Assembly: GCF_963921235.1 (NCBI RefSeq)
Contig: NC_086108.1
Span: forward strand, 30,754,001 to 30,818,000
Source: Mobula hypostoma
Taxonomy: Eukaryota
Direction: 5' to 3'
DNA: 64,000 nt
The notes under the pieces were generated by a model. The model saw only the letters and a list, made by a program, of their open reading frames with translations, made no database searches and had not been told where the DNA came from. Below are positions 25,131 to 38,714 of this stretch, piece by piece (positions within the stretch are counted from its first letter, which is position 1; every line of letters starts with the position of its first letter). Made by a program: the position numbers and the translations under genes.

Positions 25131-26750
25131 GATCTTTAATCTTTAATCTTTAATCTTTATATTTTTATTGCCATTGTTGTGGAGCAATGAAACACAGCTT
25201 AGCAGCTCAACGTTTTGCAGCATGACAAAGAATATATACATAAAATAAACTCTAAAACTTCAGGAGTGCAGTCCAAAATTAATAATAAATGGATTGGGGG
25301 GTAGGACTATTGCACACCTGCCATTCCTGGAGGTGTGATGCATTTAGCTGCCGCCGTCTTAGGAGGGGGGCAGGAGAAGGGAAGGGGGTGTTATACATTT
25401 CACTGCTTGTGGGTAGAAGCTGTTAAGGAGACTCTTTGTTTTCGTCCTTAATGCTCTGTATCTCTTCCCAGAAGGTAGAGGGGAAAACAGGTGATGTCCA
25501 GGATGAGTGGAATCCTTTGAAATACAAGTAGCCTTCTTTTGAAGTCTGCCAGTATAAATGTCTCTGAGGGAGGGTAATGTTGTGCCAATAACCCACTCTG
25601 CTATCCTCACCAGCCACTGCAAGTCCTTCCTGTTCTGTTCTGTGCAGCTGGCAAACCACACTGCACAGCAAGACGTCAGGAGGCTCTCTATAGCTGTCCG
25701 ATAGAAGTTGATCAGCAGGTGATGAGGGAGGAGAGCGTGTTTTAGCTTCCTTAGGAAGTAGAGCCTCTGTTGGGCCTTCCGCACCTGATAAGAGATATGG
25801 GCAGTCCAGGTGAGGTCAGTTGAGATGTGGACGCAGAGGAAATTGAAACTCTCTACACTCTCCACCTCTTTCCCGTATACGTGCAGAGCAGAGTGCTCGA
25901 CGCGCTTTGATTTCCTGAAGTCTACTATCAACTCCTTGGTTTTTGTGATGTTCAAGTCCAGGTTATTATGACAACACCATTCTGTCAAATGCTGTACCTC
26001 CTCCCTATAGGCTGTCTCATCACAGTCTGATATGATACCTATTAGGGTGGTATCGTCAACAAATTTGACAATGGTGTTGGTGGAGTGAATGGTAGAGCAG
26101 TCATGGGTGAAAAGAGAATAGAGGATGGGGCTGAGAACACACCCCTGTGGAGTACCGGTGTTCAGGATGACAGTAGATGATGTGTGTTCTCCCATCCTGA
26201 CACTTTGGGGTCTGTTACTCAGAAAATCCGGTATCCATGAGCACAGTGAACTGTCAAGGCCCAGGTTGCTCAATTTCTGCATCAGTTTATAGGGGATGAC
26301 TGTATTAAAAGTTGAGCTGTAGTCCACAAACAACATTCTTACATAGGTGTTATCCTGATCCAGGTTTGTAAGGGCTGTGTGGGGAGCTGTGATGACTGCA
26401 TCCTCTGTCGATCTGTTTTGCACGATACGCAAACTGGTATTTATCAATGTCAGCAGGTATGGCAGACTTAATATAAGACAGTATGAGTCTTTCAAAACAT
26501 TTCATGATGATAGGAGTTAGAGCAACTGGGCTATAGTCATTAAGGCAGTTCACTGTACTTTTCTTTGGTATGGGTATTATTGTGGCTGACTTAAGGCAGC
26601 TGGGGACTACAGACTGTAGTAGCGAGAGGTTGAAGATGGTAGAAAACACTCCCGCCAGTTGATCTGCGCAGTCCACTACAGACTGTAGTAGCGAGAGGTT
26701 GAAGATGGTAGAAAACACTCCCGCCAGTTGATCTGCGCAGTCCAGATAAT
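25131..26750 (-). mobile_element. Rex1/Babar-clade LINE, 5'-truncated, RT largely intact
   Basis: [55 protein letters not shown]; one frameshift near 26420; tail (aaagatt)n. Confidence 0.92.
26606..26743. repeat. Exact 69-bp tandem duplication at the Rex1 5' end
   Basis: 26606-26674 is identical to 26675-26743. Confidence 0.95.
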
Positions 26751-28981
26751 CCAGGATTGGACTATCCTCCAATCCTCTGGTATGTCACCTGTCGCTAAGG
26801 ATGATTTAACTATCTCTGCTGGGGCCCTGACAACTTCTGCACATGCCTCCTGTAGAGTGCGAGGAAACACTTTGTCAGACCCTGGGGATTTATTCACCCT
26901 GATTTGCCTCATAGTAGCAAACACCTCCTCCTCTGTAATCTGTATGGGGTCCAAGATGTTGGTGCTGCTTTGCCACACTTGTATAGACTCTACGTCTGCC
27001 TCCTGTGTAAATAGGGATGCAAAAAAAAAATCTAAAATCTCTCCCATCTCTTTTGGCTCCACTGATAGATATAAGACTTCTTAATTTTCAGCTTATATTT
27101 TAATTAAATGTGTAGGTTCCACTCTTTATTTACCTCTCCACACAACCTTTAGGAAGTGTATTAAAACATGCTTCCTAATTTGCTGACTTGGAATTTTTCG
27201 TTGTGATTGGCTGTTCACCTGGCTTATAAGACAGTAAAGACAGATCTGATTCTGATTCAGCATGGATCACAGCTAAAGGGTGCCAGGGTCCTTTTAAATT
27301 GATGTCTGATGCAATAACTACCAGAAAAGGAGAAGATTATGCCACAGAGGTAAATAGGTCGTTGTGTTGAACTTCCTTCATTGTCAACCACGACAGTTTC
27401 TGAGCCAATATTTATTCTGAATAAAGTGTAACTATAAAGGAATGAAAACACCTGAATTACAAAAATGAATATACTGATTACTTGTCTCATGTTGATTTTT
27501 ATTTTTAAATTCTACGAGTTCTGTATTTTCATTTATTGTTCATAATAGTTGATGCCCCATGTCATCTTCAGCTCTTGAGTGACTGGGTTGTATGTTCAGG
27601 CTTTGATCCAGATATCAGAACATAAGATCAAGGCTGAAGCTGCAATGCAGTACTGTGTAAACATTTTGGGGCCAATCTGCTGACATATACAACCAAAAGT
27701 AATGCAGAGGTGACCCCTTATCCCGACTATTTTAAATAAATGCAAGAGAGCTTGCATTAGCTATAAACACTGGAAACTTTTTTTTCAAAAGTGCTGCTTC
27801 CTCAGAATTTCTTTTTGTTTATGATAGACCACTTTGAAGCTGAACTCAAATATGATTTTAGACTACTTGTATCACATAGGAATTTGGAGAAACAAGAAAT
27901 TAAGTTTATTGAATATAATGCATTTAATTGCATAATGGTGCTGATGCTTTGCAATAGTTCAACTAAGCTCGAAATGTTCTATTGATGATTTTCATTTGTA
28001 CTTGGTGCATGATGCTTCTTGCTTAAGTGCAATCAGCCAGCAATGATGGATTCCAGTTGCCCTGATACTGTTTCTTTATGACCACAATGTCTTGGTGAAA
28101 CTTTTCACTATGCTCACACTGACAGCGCCAAGGTTTGCAGGGAAGAAATCTAAATGGGAATACAGAAAATGAATCTTTAGTGACATGTGGCACTTCATGG
28201 TTTTGTATGCTTGAAGCATGTTGTCAACCTGCTGCATGTAGTTTGATGCTCTATAGTTACCAAGAAAATTTTCAACAACATCCTTGAGTGCCTTCCATGT
28301 GATTTTTGCCGGTCCTACTTAGAAACTCTTTGAATTGCCTGTCATTGATGAACTGTTTGATTTGTGGACCAACAAAAATGCCTTCCTTAATCTAAGCATC
28401 AGTTATACTGACTTGAATCAGGAATTGAAACAACAAATATCGACAATTTCAAAAAAATGGTACATGGTATGGAAATTTCATTATGATTTTCGTGATCAGC
28501 AATCCAAAATCCATATGATACACCCCAAAGTACTGAGGAAGTAAAATCTTTTTGTCCAGTGTTATTAACTCTTAATGAGCATTAGCAAAAATGTAGGGCT
28601 GGATGATTGCAGCTGATTGTGGGTGCCTGTGTGCAAATTACTTCCTATAAAGTATCTTTCTTCTTCTTTTCAGACAGTCCGCTGGGTTCAAGAGTGTCTT
28701 GCTTCCTCTCCTGTTCTGTGGACTTTGAGATATCTGATGAGGTCGATGTGGGAACCACAGATGTTTCCACAAATAGGGCAGGAAATGGATGATTGGGAAC
28801 AGACAATACTATTTTTCTGCTAATGCTGAGCTTTTTGTGACCCTGACACATGAATTTGATGTTCTCAATATCATCATAGAAACATAGAAACATAGAAACA
28901 TAGAAAATAGGTGCAGGAGTAGGCCATTCGGCCCTTCGAGCCTGCACTGCCATTTATTATGATCATGGCTGATCATCCAAC

Positions 28982-31800
28982 TCAGAACCCCGCCCCAGCC
29001 TTCCCTCCATACCCCCTGACCCCCGTAGCCACAAGGGCCATATCTAACTCCCTCTTAAATATAGCCAATGAACTGGCCTCAACTGTTTCCTGTGGCAGAG
29101 AATCCCACAGATTCACCACTCTCTGTGTGAAGAAGTTTTTCCTAATCTCGGTCCTAAAAGGCTTCCCCTTTATCCTCAAACTGTGACCCCTTGTTCTGGA
29201 CTTCCCCAACATCGGGAACAATCTTCCTGCATCTAGCCTGTCCAATCCCTTTAGGATCTTATACGTTTCAATCAGATCCCCCCTCAATCTTCTAAATTCC
29301 AACGAGTACAAGCCCAGTTCATCCAATCTTTCTTCATATGAAAGTCCTGCCATCCCAGGAATCAATCTGGTGAACCTTCTTTGTACTCCCTCTATGGCAA
29401 GGATGTCTTTCCTCAGATTAGGGGACCAAAACTGCACACAATACTCCAGGTGTGGCCTCACCAAGGCCTTGTACAATTGCAGTAGTACCTCCCCGCTCCT
29501 GTACTCAAATCCTCTCGCTATAAATGCCAGCATACCATTCGCCTTTTTCACCGCCTGCTGTACCTGCATGCCCACTTTCAATGACTGGTGTATAATGACA
29601 CTCAGGTCTTGTTGCACCTCCCCTTTTCCTAATCGGCCACCATTCAGATAATAATCTGTTTTCCTATTTTTGCCACCAAAGTGGATAACTTCACATTTAT
29701 CCACATTAAATTGCATCTGCCATGAATTTGCCCACTCACCCAACCTATCCAAGTCACCCTGCATCCTCTTAGCATCCTCCTCACAGCTAACACTGCCACC
29801 CAGCTTTGTGTCATCCGCAAACTTGGAGATGCTGCATTTAATTCCCTCATCCAAGTCATTAATATATATTGTAAACAACTGGGGTCCCAGCACTGAGCCT
29901 TGTGGTACCCCACTAGTCACCGCCTGCCATTCTGAAAAGGTCCCATTTATTCCCACTCTTTGCTTCCTGTCTGCTAACCAATTCTCCACCCACACCAATA
30001 CCTTACCCCCAATACCATGTGCTTTAAGTTTGCACACTAATCTCCTGTGTGGGACCTTGTCAAAAGCCTTTTGAAAATCCAAATATACCACATCCATTGG
30101 TTCTCCCCTATCCACTCTACTAGTTACATCCTCAAATAATTCTATGAGATTCGTCAGACATGATTTTCCTTTCACAAATCCATCCTGACTTTGTCCGATC
30201 ATTTCACCGCTTTCCAAATGTGCTGTTATCACATCCTTGATAACTGACTCCAGCAGTTTCCCCACCACCGATGTTAGGCTAATCGGTCTATAATTCCCCG
30301 GTTTCTCTATTCCTCCTTTTTTAAAAAGTGGAGTTACATTAGCCACCCTCCAATCCTCAGGAACTAGTCCAGAATCTAACGAGTTTTGAAAAATTATCAC
30401 TAATGCATCCACTATTTCTTGGGCTACTTCCTTAAGCACTCTAGGATGCAGACCATCTGGCCCTGGGGATTTATCTGCCTTCAATCCCTTCAATTTACCT
30501 AACACCACTTCCCTACTAACATGTATTTCGCTCAGTTCCTCCATCTCACTGGACCCTCTGTCCCCTACTATTTCTGGAAGATTATTTATGTCCTCCTTAG
30601 TGAAGACAGAACCAAAGTAATTATTCAATTGGTCTGCCATGTCCTTGCTCCCCATAATCAATTCACCTGTTTCTGTCTGCAGGGGACCTACATTTGTCTT
30701 TACCAGTCTTTTCCTTTTTACATATCTATAAAAGCTTTTACAGTCCGTTTTTATGTTCCCTGCCAGTTTTCTCTCATAATCTTTTTTCCCCTTCCTAATT
30801 AAGCCCTTTGTCCTCCTCTGCTGAACTCTGAATTTCTCCCAGTCCTCAGGTGAGCCACTTTCTCTGGCTAATTTGTATGCTTCTTCTTTGAAATTGATAC
30901 TATCCCTAATTTCTCTTGTCAGCCACGGGTGCACTACCTTCCTTGATTTATTCTTTTGCCAATCTTGGATGAACAATTGTTGTAGTTCATCCATGCAACC
31001 TTTAAATGCTTGCCATTGCATATCCACTGTCAATCCTTTAAGTGTCATTTGCCAGTCTATCTTAGCTAATTCACGTCTCATACCTTCAAAGTTACCCCTC
31101 TTTAAGTTCAGAACCTTTGTTTCTGAATTAACTATGTCACTCTCCATCTTAATGAAGAATTCCACCATATTATGGTCACTCTTACCCAAGGGGCCTCTCA
31201 CGACAAGATTGCTAATTAACTCTTCCTCATTGATCAAAACCCAGTCCAGAATAGCCTGCTCTCTAGTTGGTTCCTCGACATGTTGGTTCAAAAAACCATC
31301 CCGCATACATTCCAAGAAATTCTCTTCCTCAGCACCTTTACCAATTTGGTTCACCCAATCTACAGGTAGATTGAAGTCACCCATTATAACTGCTGTTCCT
31401 TTATTGCACACATTTCTAATTTCCTGTTTAATACCATCTCCGACCTCACTACTACTGTTAGGTGGCCTGTACACAACTCCCACCAGCGTCTTCTGCCCCT
31501 TAGTGTTACGCAGCTCTACCCATATCGATTCCACATCTTCCCGGCTTATGTCCTTCCTTTCTATTGCGTTACTCTCATCTCTAACCAGCAACGCCACCCC
31601 ACCTCCCCTTCCTTCATGTTATCCCTCCTGAATATTGAATATCCCTGAACGTTGAGCTCCCATCCCTGGTCACCCTGGAGCCATGTCTCTGTGATCCCAG
31701 CTATATCATAATCATTAATAACAATCTGCACTTTCAATTCATCCACCTTATTACGAATGCTCCTTGCATTGACACACAAAGCCTTCAGGCACTCTTTTAC
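28982..31800 (-). CDS. CR1 ORF2 (APE endonuclease + reverse transcriptase), one frameshift near 31615
   Basis: 871-aa open frame with GVVYRPP, GDFN, SDHN, YLDFQKAFD, GVPQGS, FADD. The N-terminal NARSIRNK/ITETW lies in the adjacent frame (31561-32013 ORF). Confidence 0.93.
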
Positions 31801-32018
31801 AACTCTCTTAGCCCTTATACAATTATGTTGAAAAGTGGCCCTTTTTAATGCTTGCCCTGGATTTGTCGGCCTGCCACTTTTACTTTTCTCCTTAGTACTT
31901 TTTGCTTCTACCCTCACTTTACACCCCTCTGTCTCTCTGCACTGGTTCCCATCCCTCTGTTGTGAACTAACCTCCTCACGCCTAGCCTCTTTAATTTGAT
32001 TCCCACCCCCCAACCATT

Positions 32019-32954
32019 CTAGTTTAAAGTCACCTCAGTAGCCCCCGCTAATCTCTCTGCCAGGATATTGGTCCCCCTAGGATTCAAGTGTAACCCGTCC
32101 TTTTTGTACAGGTCACGCCTGCGCCAAAAGAGGTCCCAATGATCCAAAAACTTTAATCCCTGCCCCCTGCTCCAATCCCTCAGCCACGCATTTATCCTCC
32201 ACCTCATCGCATTCCTACTCTCACTGTCGCGTGGCACAGGCAGTAATCCCGAGATTACTACCTTTGCGGTCTTTTTTCTCAACTCCCTTCCTAGCTCCCT
32301 ATATTCTCCTTTCAGGACCTCATCCCTTTTCCTACCTATGTCATTGGTACCTATATGTACCACGACCTCTGGCTCCTCACCCTCCCACTTCAGGATATCT
32401 TGGACACGATCAGAAATATCCCGGACCCTGGCACCAGGGAGGCAAACTACCATCCAGGTCTCTGGACTGCGTCCACAGAATCGCCTATCTGACCCCCTTA
32501 CTATTGAGTCCCCTATCACAACTGCCCTCCTCTTCCTTGCCCTACCCTTCTGAGCTACAGGGCCAGACTCTGTGCCGGAGGCACGGCCACTGTCGCGTCC
32601 CCCGGGTAAGCTGTCCCCCCCAACAGTACTCAAACAGGAGTACCTGTTGTTAAGGGGCACAGCCACCGGGGTACTCCCTATTACCTGACTTTTCCCCTTC
32701 CCCCTCCTAACCGTGACCCACTTGTCTGCCTCCCGTGGCCCCGGCGTGACCACCTGCCTGCAACTCCTCTCTATCACCTCCTCACTCTCCCTGACCAGAC
32801 GAAGGTCATCGAGCTGCAGCTCCAGTTCCGTAACGCGGTCCCTTAGGAGCTGCATCTCGATGCACTTGGCTCAGATGTAGACGTCTGGGAGGCTTGGAGA
32901 CTCCAGGGCCTCCCACATCCGACACTGAGAACAGCAAACTGCCCTCACACTCAT
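32019..32954 (-). CDS. CR1 ORF1 (zinc finger, coiled coil, SGNH/GDSL esterase) with a premature stop
   Basis: ATG at 32954, CCSQC...; in-frame TGA at 32871-32873; VIGDSIV, HIGTND, DGLHLN esterase blocks. Confidence 0.9.
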
Positions 32955-33999
32955 AATGCCCCCTCCTCAAATAACAACAGAAAATGAATGCCAAACCTTC
33001 CTCGTCTCGCCCGTTTCCGCCTAAGCCCGTTGAGTCGAAGCCCTTAAGTCTTCACTCTGCTCCCGGCTCACTCCGCAGCCTGCAAACTACGCTGCCCGCT
33101 CTATGAGGCTTTGTTCCATGAATCATGAATACTTCTTTGAATTGGTTATGTACCAGGAAATCTGAGATGTTGGCAGGAATGTTATACTCTTTCAAAGCAG
33201 CCTTTGGAATGTCCTTGAATCATTTTACTCCACCAAAATAGAAATCTCCACATGAACTATATTAAAGGAGATCAAACTTCAAATACTTAATCAGTAGAAA
33301 AACCAACATAGGATTTGATCTCCTGTATTCTGAATTACTGGTCCAGGTTTGCAGGTTACAATGTCATCAGCCCATTCCCAGTGGAACTAGAAGATATATT
33401 TTCTTTTATCTGCATTTTTACACATGGACATAAAGGGCAAAGATAACATTTACATAAAAATAGATACCAGTGTTTTGGAGTGGGGTGCAGAGGGAACGAT
33501 GGAGTTAGAGGTGCTAATAGAGAAAATGGAGACTGGAAGGACATTAGCAGATGGAGGTATTCATAGAAAGTTATCAAAAAAAACTACCTAGAGACTGAGA
33601 CATAGGTAAGATAAATAGAGTGTTTTGGTCATAATGTGCTTTGGAATGCCCCAGGTCCCAGGGTTGTGTGAAGAGCAATATAAATACAAGAATTGTATTT
33701 TTAACCATATTTTCATTTTTCACTCTCATTTGTTAATCAGACCCCCATGCAGAGATATTGGTCCATGGAGAAATTTTATTTTTATATGAAACAACAGTTG
33801 CTTCTTCTTTCAGACTTAACAGATATTAATGGAATTTAATGTTTTATGTTGAGGAATAGCGTGCCAATAGTTCTCAAAAAGGTAACATCTTAAGGATGGT
33901 ACTAATGTATGGGAACATTAATACTTCCATAGACAGAGTTACGTTTCTCAGCAGATCACACATGAAAGGAATCAGCGATTTCTAGAGCAGATTATGATT

Positions 34000-34381
34000 G
34001 CAACAATCTCCAGGGTGAATTGTGCCATTCCAGAAATCTTGTTAGGCATTTCCTGGCATAGATAGTGCTTGCTCGGAAGATTTAACCTCATGATTTAGGA
34101 CCGGGGGTAAGTCTCAGAGTAGAACAATGTCCCTTCACGAGGAGGAGAGCTTCAGCCAGAGGGTGGAGTTCATTGCCACAGACAGTCGTGATGACTAAGT
34201 CATTGGGTATATTTAAAGCGGAGGTTGATAGGTTCCTGATCAGTAAGGGCATCAAAGGCTATGGGTAGAAGGCAGGAGAATAGGGTTGAGATGGATAATA
34301 AATTAGCCTTGATGGAATGGTGGAGCAGACTCAATGGACTGAATGACCTAATTCTGCTCTTTTGTCTTATGGTCTTATGGT
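34000..34381 (+). mobile_element. CR1 3' fragment
   Basis: Ends in cttatggtcttatggtct; similar to the tail at 48000-48177. Confidence 0.75.
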
Positions 34382-34429
34382 CTGACAAAGCTGGCACCAG
34401 CTAACATGTAAAGTGCTGTGTGCTATGGA

Positions 34430-37200
34430 TTTCTGAATTTGCTCCTCATTTAGAAAATAATCCATGCCTTTATTTGTTCTACCAAAGAACATGGCCCTTT
34501 ACTTCCGTACACGGTATTCTATCAGCCACATTTTTGCCCATTCTCCTAATCTGTCCAAGTCCTTCTGCAAATTCCCTGCAGACACAACACTACCTGTTCC
34601 TCCATTTATCATTGTTTTATCTGCAAACTTGGCCACAAAGCCATGAATTCTGTCATCCAGATCACAAACATGTACTGTGAAAAGTAGTGAAACCCATTAC
34701 TGATTCCTGCAGACTTCCACTAATCACTGGCAACCAACCAGAAAAGGTCCCCTTTATTCCCAGTGTTTACCTTCTGCAGTCAGCCAATCTTCTGTTCATG
34801 CCAGTATCTTTCCTGTAATATCATGTGCTTTTATCTTGCTTAGTAGCCTCATGTGCAACACCTAGTCAAATTCCTTTTAAATTCACCAAACAATATCCAC
34901 TGACTCTCTTTTGTCTATCCTCTCTATTATTTCCTCATAGAATTCCAACAGATTTTTCAGGTAAGATTTCTCCTTCAGCAAACCATGCTGACTTTGGCCT
35001 GTTTCATCATGTGCCTCCTAGTATCCCAAAGCTTCATCTATAATACTGATCTTTTCTCAACCATAGCTGGGAGATTAATGATACACAGCATCATATCTGC
35101 CAATTCCTAATTGTGCTTCAAGATAGAATATAGAACATAGAACAGTCAGTACAGGAACAGACCCTTTGGCCCACAATGTTGTACCGGCCCAATTAAATTA
35201 GTAACAAAATAGGTAAATAAACGATTCTGTTCCGCCTGCACAATAACCATATCCTTCCATTTCAGTCAAATTCATGTGCCTATCTAAACATCTCTTCAAA
35301 GTTTCTGCCTCTACCACCACCCCAGGTAGTGTATTACAAGCATCCAGCACTCTGTGTAAAAAACGCCTCTCACATTTCCTTTGAAATTGCACCCTCCCAC
35401 CTTAAATGCATTCGCTCTGGTATTAAGCATTTCAACTCTGGGAAAAAACACTGGCCTGTCAACTCTATCCGTGCCTCTCATAATCTTATAAATGTCTTTC
35501 AATTCTCCCCTCAACCTCTTCCACTCCAAAGAAAACAACCCAAGTTTGTCCATTCTCTTGTTATAACACTTGCCTTCTAATCCAGGCAGATTCCTGGTAA
35601 ACCTCTTCTGTGCCCGCTCCAAAGCTCGACATCCTTACAATGGTGGGGAAATCAGAACTGTCTGTAATACTCTAGAAGCAGCCTAACTAGAGTTTTATAG
35701 GGCTGCAACATAACTTCCTGATTTTTGAACTTAGTGCCTCAACTAATAACGGCAAGCATGTCATATGCCTTCTTAACCACCGTAACAACTTGTGCAGCCA
35801 CTTTCAGGGAGCTGTGAACTCCCTGATCTCTCTGCTCACCAACACTGTTAAGAATCTTACTTTTTACAGTGTACTGTCTCTTTGCATTTGACCTGCAAGG
35901 TGCAACTTTTCACATTTCGCTGGATTAAACTCTGTCTGCCATTTCTCTGTCCATTTCTGCAACTGATCTATATTCCGCTGTAGTCTTTGCCAGTTTTCTG
36001 CACTATCCACTGTACCATCAGCCTTTGTATCATCTGCAAACTTACTAACTAACCAATCTACATTTTTATCCAGGTCATTTATATACATGACAAACAGCAG
36101 AGGACCCAGCACAGATCCCTGTGGAACCCCTCTAATCACAGACCTCTAGATAGAATAAGTCCCATCGACCACCACTCTCTGTCTTCCCTAAGCAAGCCAG
36201 TTCTGAATCCAATTCGCCATGGATCCTATGCATCTTAATCTTCTGGATGAGGCTCCCATGAGGAACATTATGAAACAAGCTACTAAAATTCATGTAGACA
36301 ACATCCACTGCCCTACCCTCATCAGTCTCTCTCATTAACTTGTCAAAAAACTCAGTCAAGTTTGTAAGACATGACTTGCACCACACGAAGCCAGGCTGGC
36401 TCTCCTTAATTAGGACGTGGTTTTCCAATATTCAAAAATCCTAAGGATTCTCTGCAGTAACTTCCTTACCACTGACACAAGAGTCTTCAGTCTAAAGTTT
36501 CCAGGATTATCCTTGGTTCTCTTCTATCTTATTCCATAACTGTGTGCAGCGAAGCATAACACTTGCACTTCTGTGCTCACCGCCGTTCTTTTCAATTTTG
36601 TCTTCATGTTACCTGAAGTTAAGCTTCTCAACTTTTTGTCCTATTCTTAATTCTGAGACTATCATAATCTCTCCTGCACTCTCCCTCACTATGACTTTAT
36701 CCATACTTTTCCAAGCTGTTAAAACGCACCCCCCATTAGTTAGTTTAAAGCCCTTAAACTGGTCCCAGCATGGTTTAATTGGACCCTGTTCCATTGGAAT
36801 GGCTCTCAACTTCCCCAATACTGATGCCAATGGCCCTCAAATTCAAACCCATTTCTCCCACACTAATCTTTGAGCCACACACTTAGCTCTCTGCTTTTAT
36901 TAACCCTGTGCCAGATTGCATGTGGCTCAGATAACAATCCAGAGATGACCTTTTTGGTTCTGGGTTTTAATTTTTTGCCTCGTTGCTCCAATTCCCTCAG
37001 CAGAACATCTTACTTTCTAGGTCATTGGTACCCACGTGGGCAACAAATGGATCTTTCCCCTTCCACTTCAAATTCCTCCAGAGGTCAGTTGAGATGTCCT
37101 GAACCCAGGCACCCTACAGCCTACACAGCCTTCCAGACTCTATATCTTTGCGAAAGGGGATTGTGTCTATTCCCTTGACTATACTGTTCGCAATTACAAC
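34430..37200 (-). mobile_element. Two decayed CR1 fragments (34430-35060; 35120-37200)
   Basis: GVPQGSVLGPLLFVMYINDLD, KFADDTK, KSCLTNL; tail atagaatatagaacatagaac at 35123. Confidence 0.85.
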
Positions 37201-37444
37201 TGTATTTCTCTCCTCTCCCTCACTTGAATGGCAACATAATCTGTGATGCCACAAGTCAATTATTCATCTTTCCTACAGCCTCCCTCTCTCAGCCTTACAG
37301 CCTTGTGGCAGATGTTCAGTCTCAGTGATCCAGTCGGTGGACATTGCAGCCAGCCACTGGTTAGTGAAGGACTCTGGTTATTTTCACATTGGGGCAATGC
37401 TTTTACACATTAGTATATGAGGAACTCCACTGAAAAAGTCAAAG

Positions 37445-37544
37445 TGGATGGGCTACAACAGCAGAAGACCACACACACACAAACACACACACAGTGGTTA
37501 CATTGTCAGGTACAGGAGACGCTTAATAAAGTGGCCACTGAATA
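37445..37544 (+). mobile_element. 3' end of the same Tc1-like family as 15486-16051
   Basis: gtggatgggctacaacagcagaagacca...taataaagtggccactgaatata. Confidence 0.75.
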
Positions 37545-37794
37545 TACGTATATCTTCACCCCGCCCCCCCATGAAAATTACACAGGTTCACACCTACTTT
37601 ACTGCCACAAATCTCTGTTCTCATCCCCTGCATTGCAACTGAGGAAAATTATAATTCCTCGTAAAGTGCTTTAGTATATCTTTTATGAATATAACATCCT
37701 CCTTAACCTCATGTTTTCAGAATAGAAATATTGAAACATCTACTGCTCATTAAATGTGATCAATTGTTTGGTCTCAGCCGCTACTCTGGCCTCT

Positions 37795-38090
37795 GAACAT
37801 CTTCTCACCTGCCTATCACCTCCCCCTGGTGACCCTCCTCCTTCCCTTTCTCCTGTGGTCCACTGTCTTCTCCTATCAGATTCTTTCCTCTCAAACCCTT
37901 TATCTTTCCCACCCACCTGGCTTCCTCCATCAACTTCTAGCTATCTTCCTTCTAACTCCCTCCATCCTGCCTCACCTTTTTAATCTGGCATTTTCCCTCT
38001 TCCTTTCCATCCTGGTCTCGACTTGAATTGTCGACTGTTCATTTCCATGGATGCTGCCTCCAGCATTTTGTCTGTGTAGCACACTGTATT
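37795..38090 (+). mobile_element. Penelope 3'UTR/terminus remnant
   Basis: Pyrimidine-rich tract, then ggtctcgacttgaattgtcgactg...gatgctgcctccagcattttg. Confidence 0.65.
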
Positions 38091-38109
38091 TCTACCTTGA
38101 TGAAGTGCT

Positions 38110-38712
38110 GTGAGAGACTTGGATGATAGTATTGATGGCTTTGTTGAAAATTTTGCAGACAACGTGAAGATAGGTGAAGGGGCAGATAGTTTTGCGGAAG
38201 TAGAGAGACTACAGAAGGACTTAGACTGATTAGGAGAATGGGCAAAGAAATGGCAGATGGAATACAGTGTCAGAAAGTATATGGCCATGCACCTTTGTAG
38301 AAGAAAAAAAAGGGTTGACTATATTTCCAATTGGAGAGAAAATACAAAAAACTAAGTCTCAAAGGGACTTGGGAGTCCTTGTGCAGGATTCCCTGAAGGT
38401 TAATTTGCAGGTTGAGTCTGTGGTGAGGAAGGCAAATGCGGTGTTAGCATTCATTCCCAGAGGATGAGAATATACAAGCAAGGATGTAATGTTGAGACTT
38501 TATAAAGCACTGGTAAGGCCTCACTTGGAGTATTGTAAGCATTTTTAGGCCCCTTATCTTAGAAAGGATGTGCTGAAACTGGAGAGGGTTCAAAGGAGGT
38601 TCACAAAAATGATAACCAGGATTGAATGGCTTGTTGTATGAAGAGCATTTGATGGATCTGGGCCTATATTCACTACAATTCTGATGAATGAAGGGTAACT
38701 TAATTGAAACGT
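38110..38712 (+). mobile_element. CR1 RT fragment
   Basis: QRDLGVLVQDSLKVNLQVESVVRKANAVLAFI. Confidence 0.85.
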
Positions 38713-38714
38713 AT

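Larger units (their letters stand above)
23725..27062 (-). mobile_element. Decayed CR1 LINE ORF2, split by a Rex1 insertion
   Basis: MEFNADKCKVL, RPNLEYCVQ (3' part); VNKSPGSDKVFPRTL..IPEDWR (5' part); tail gtcattgagtcatag. Confidence 0.9.
28877..33118 (-). mobile_element. Near full-length, young CR1 LINE
   Basis: 5'UTR, ORF1, ORF2 and tail (catagaaa)n on the plus strand are all present. Confidence 0.96.

Noticed and set aside
28040..28070. C/D-box-like atgatg...ctga
   Set aside because: Too short for a snoRNA and no other support.
30873..31631. 252-aa plus-strand ORF and similar antisense ORFs
   Set aside because: Shadow frames antisense to CR1 ORF2.
33814..33881. AG...GT-bounded candidate exon
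   Set aside because: Stops in all three frames; no partner exons found.
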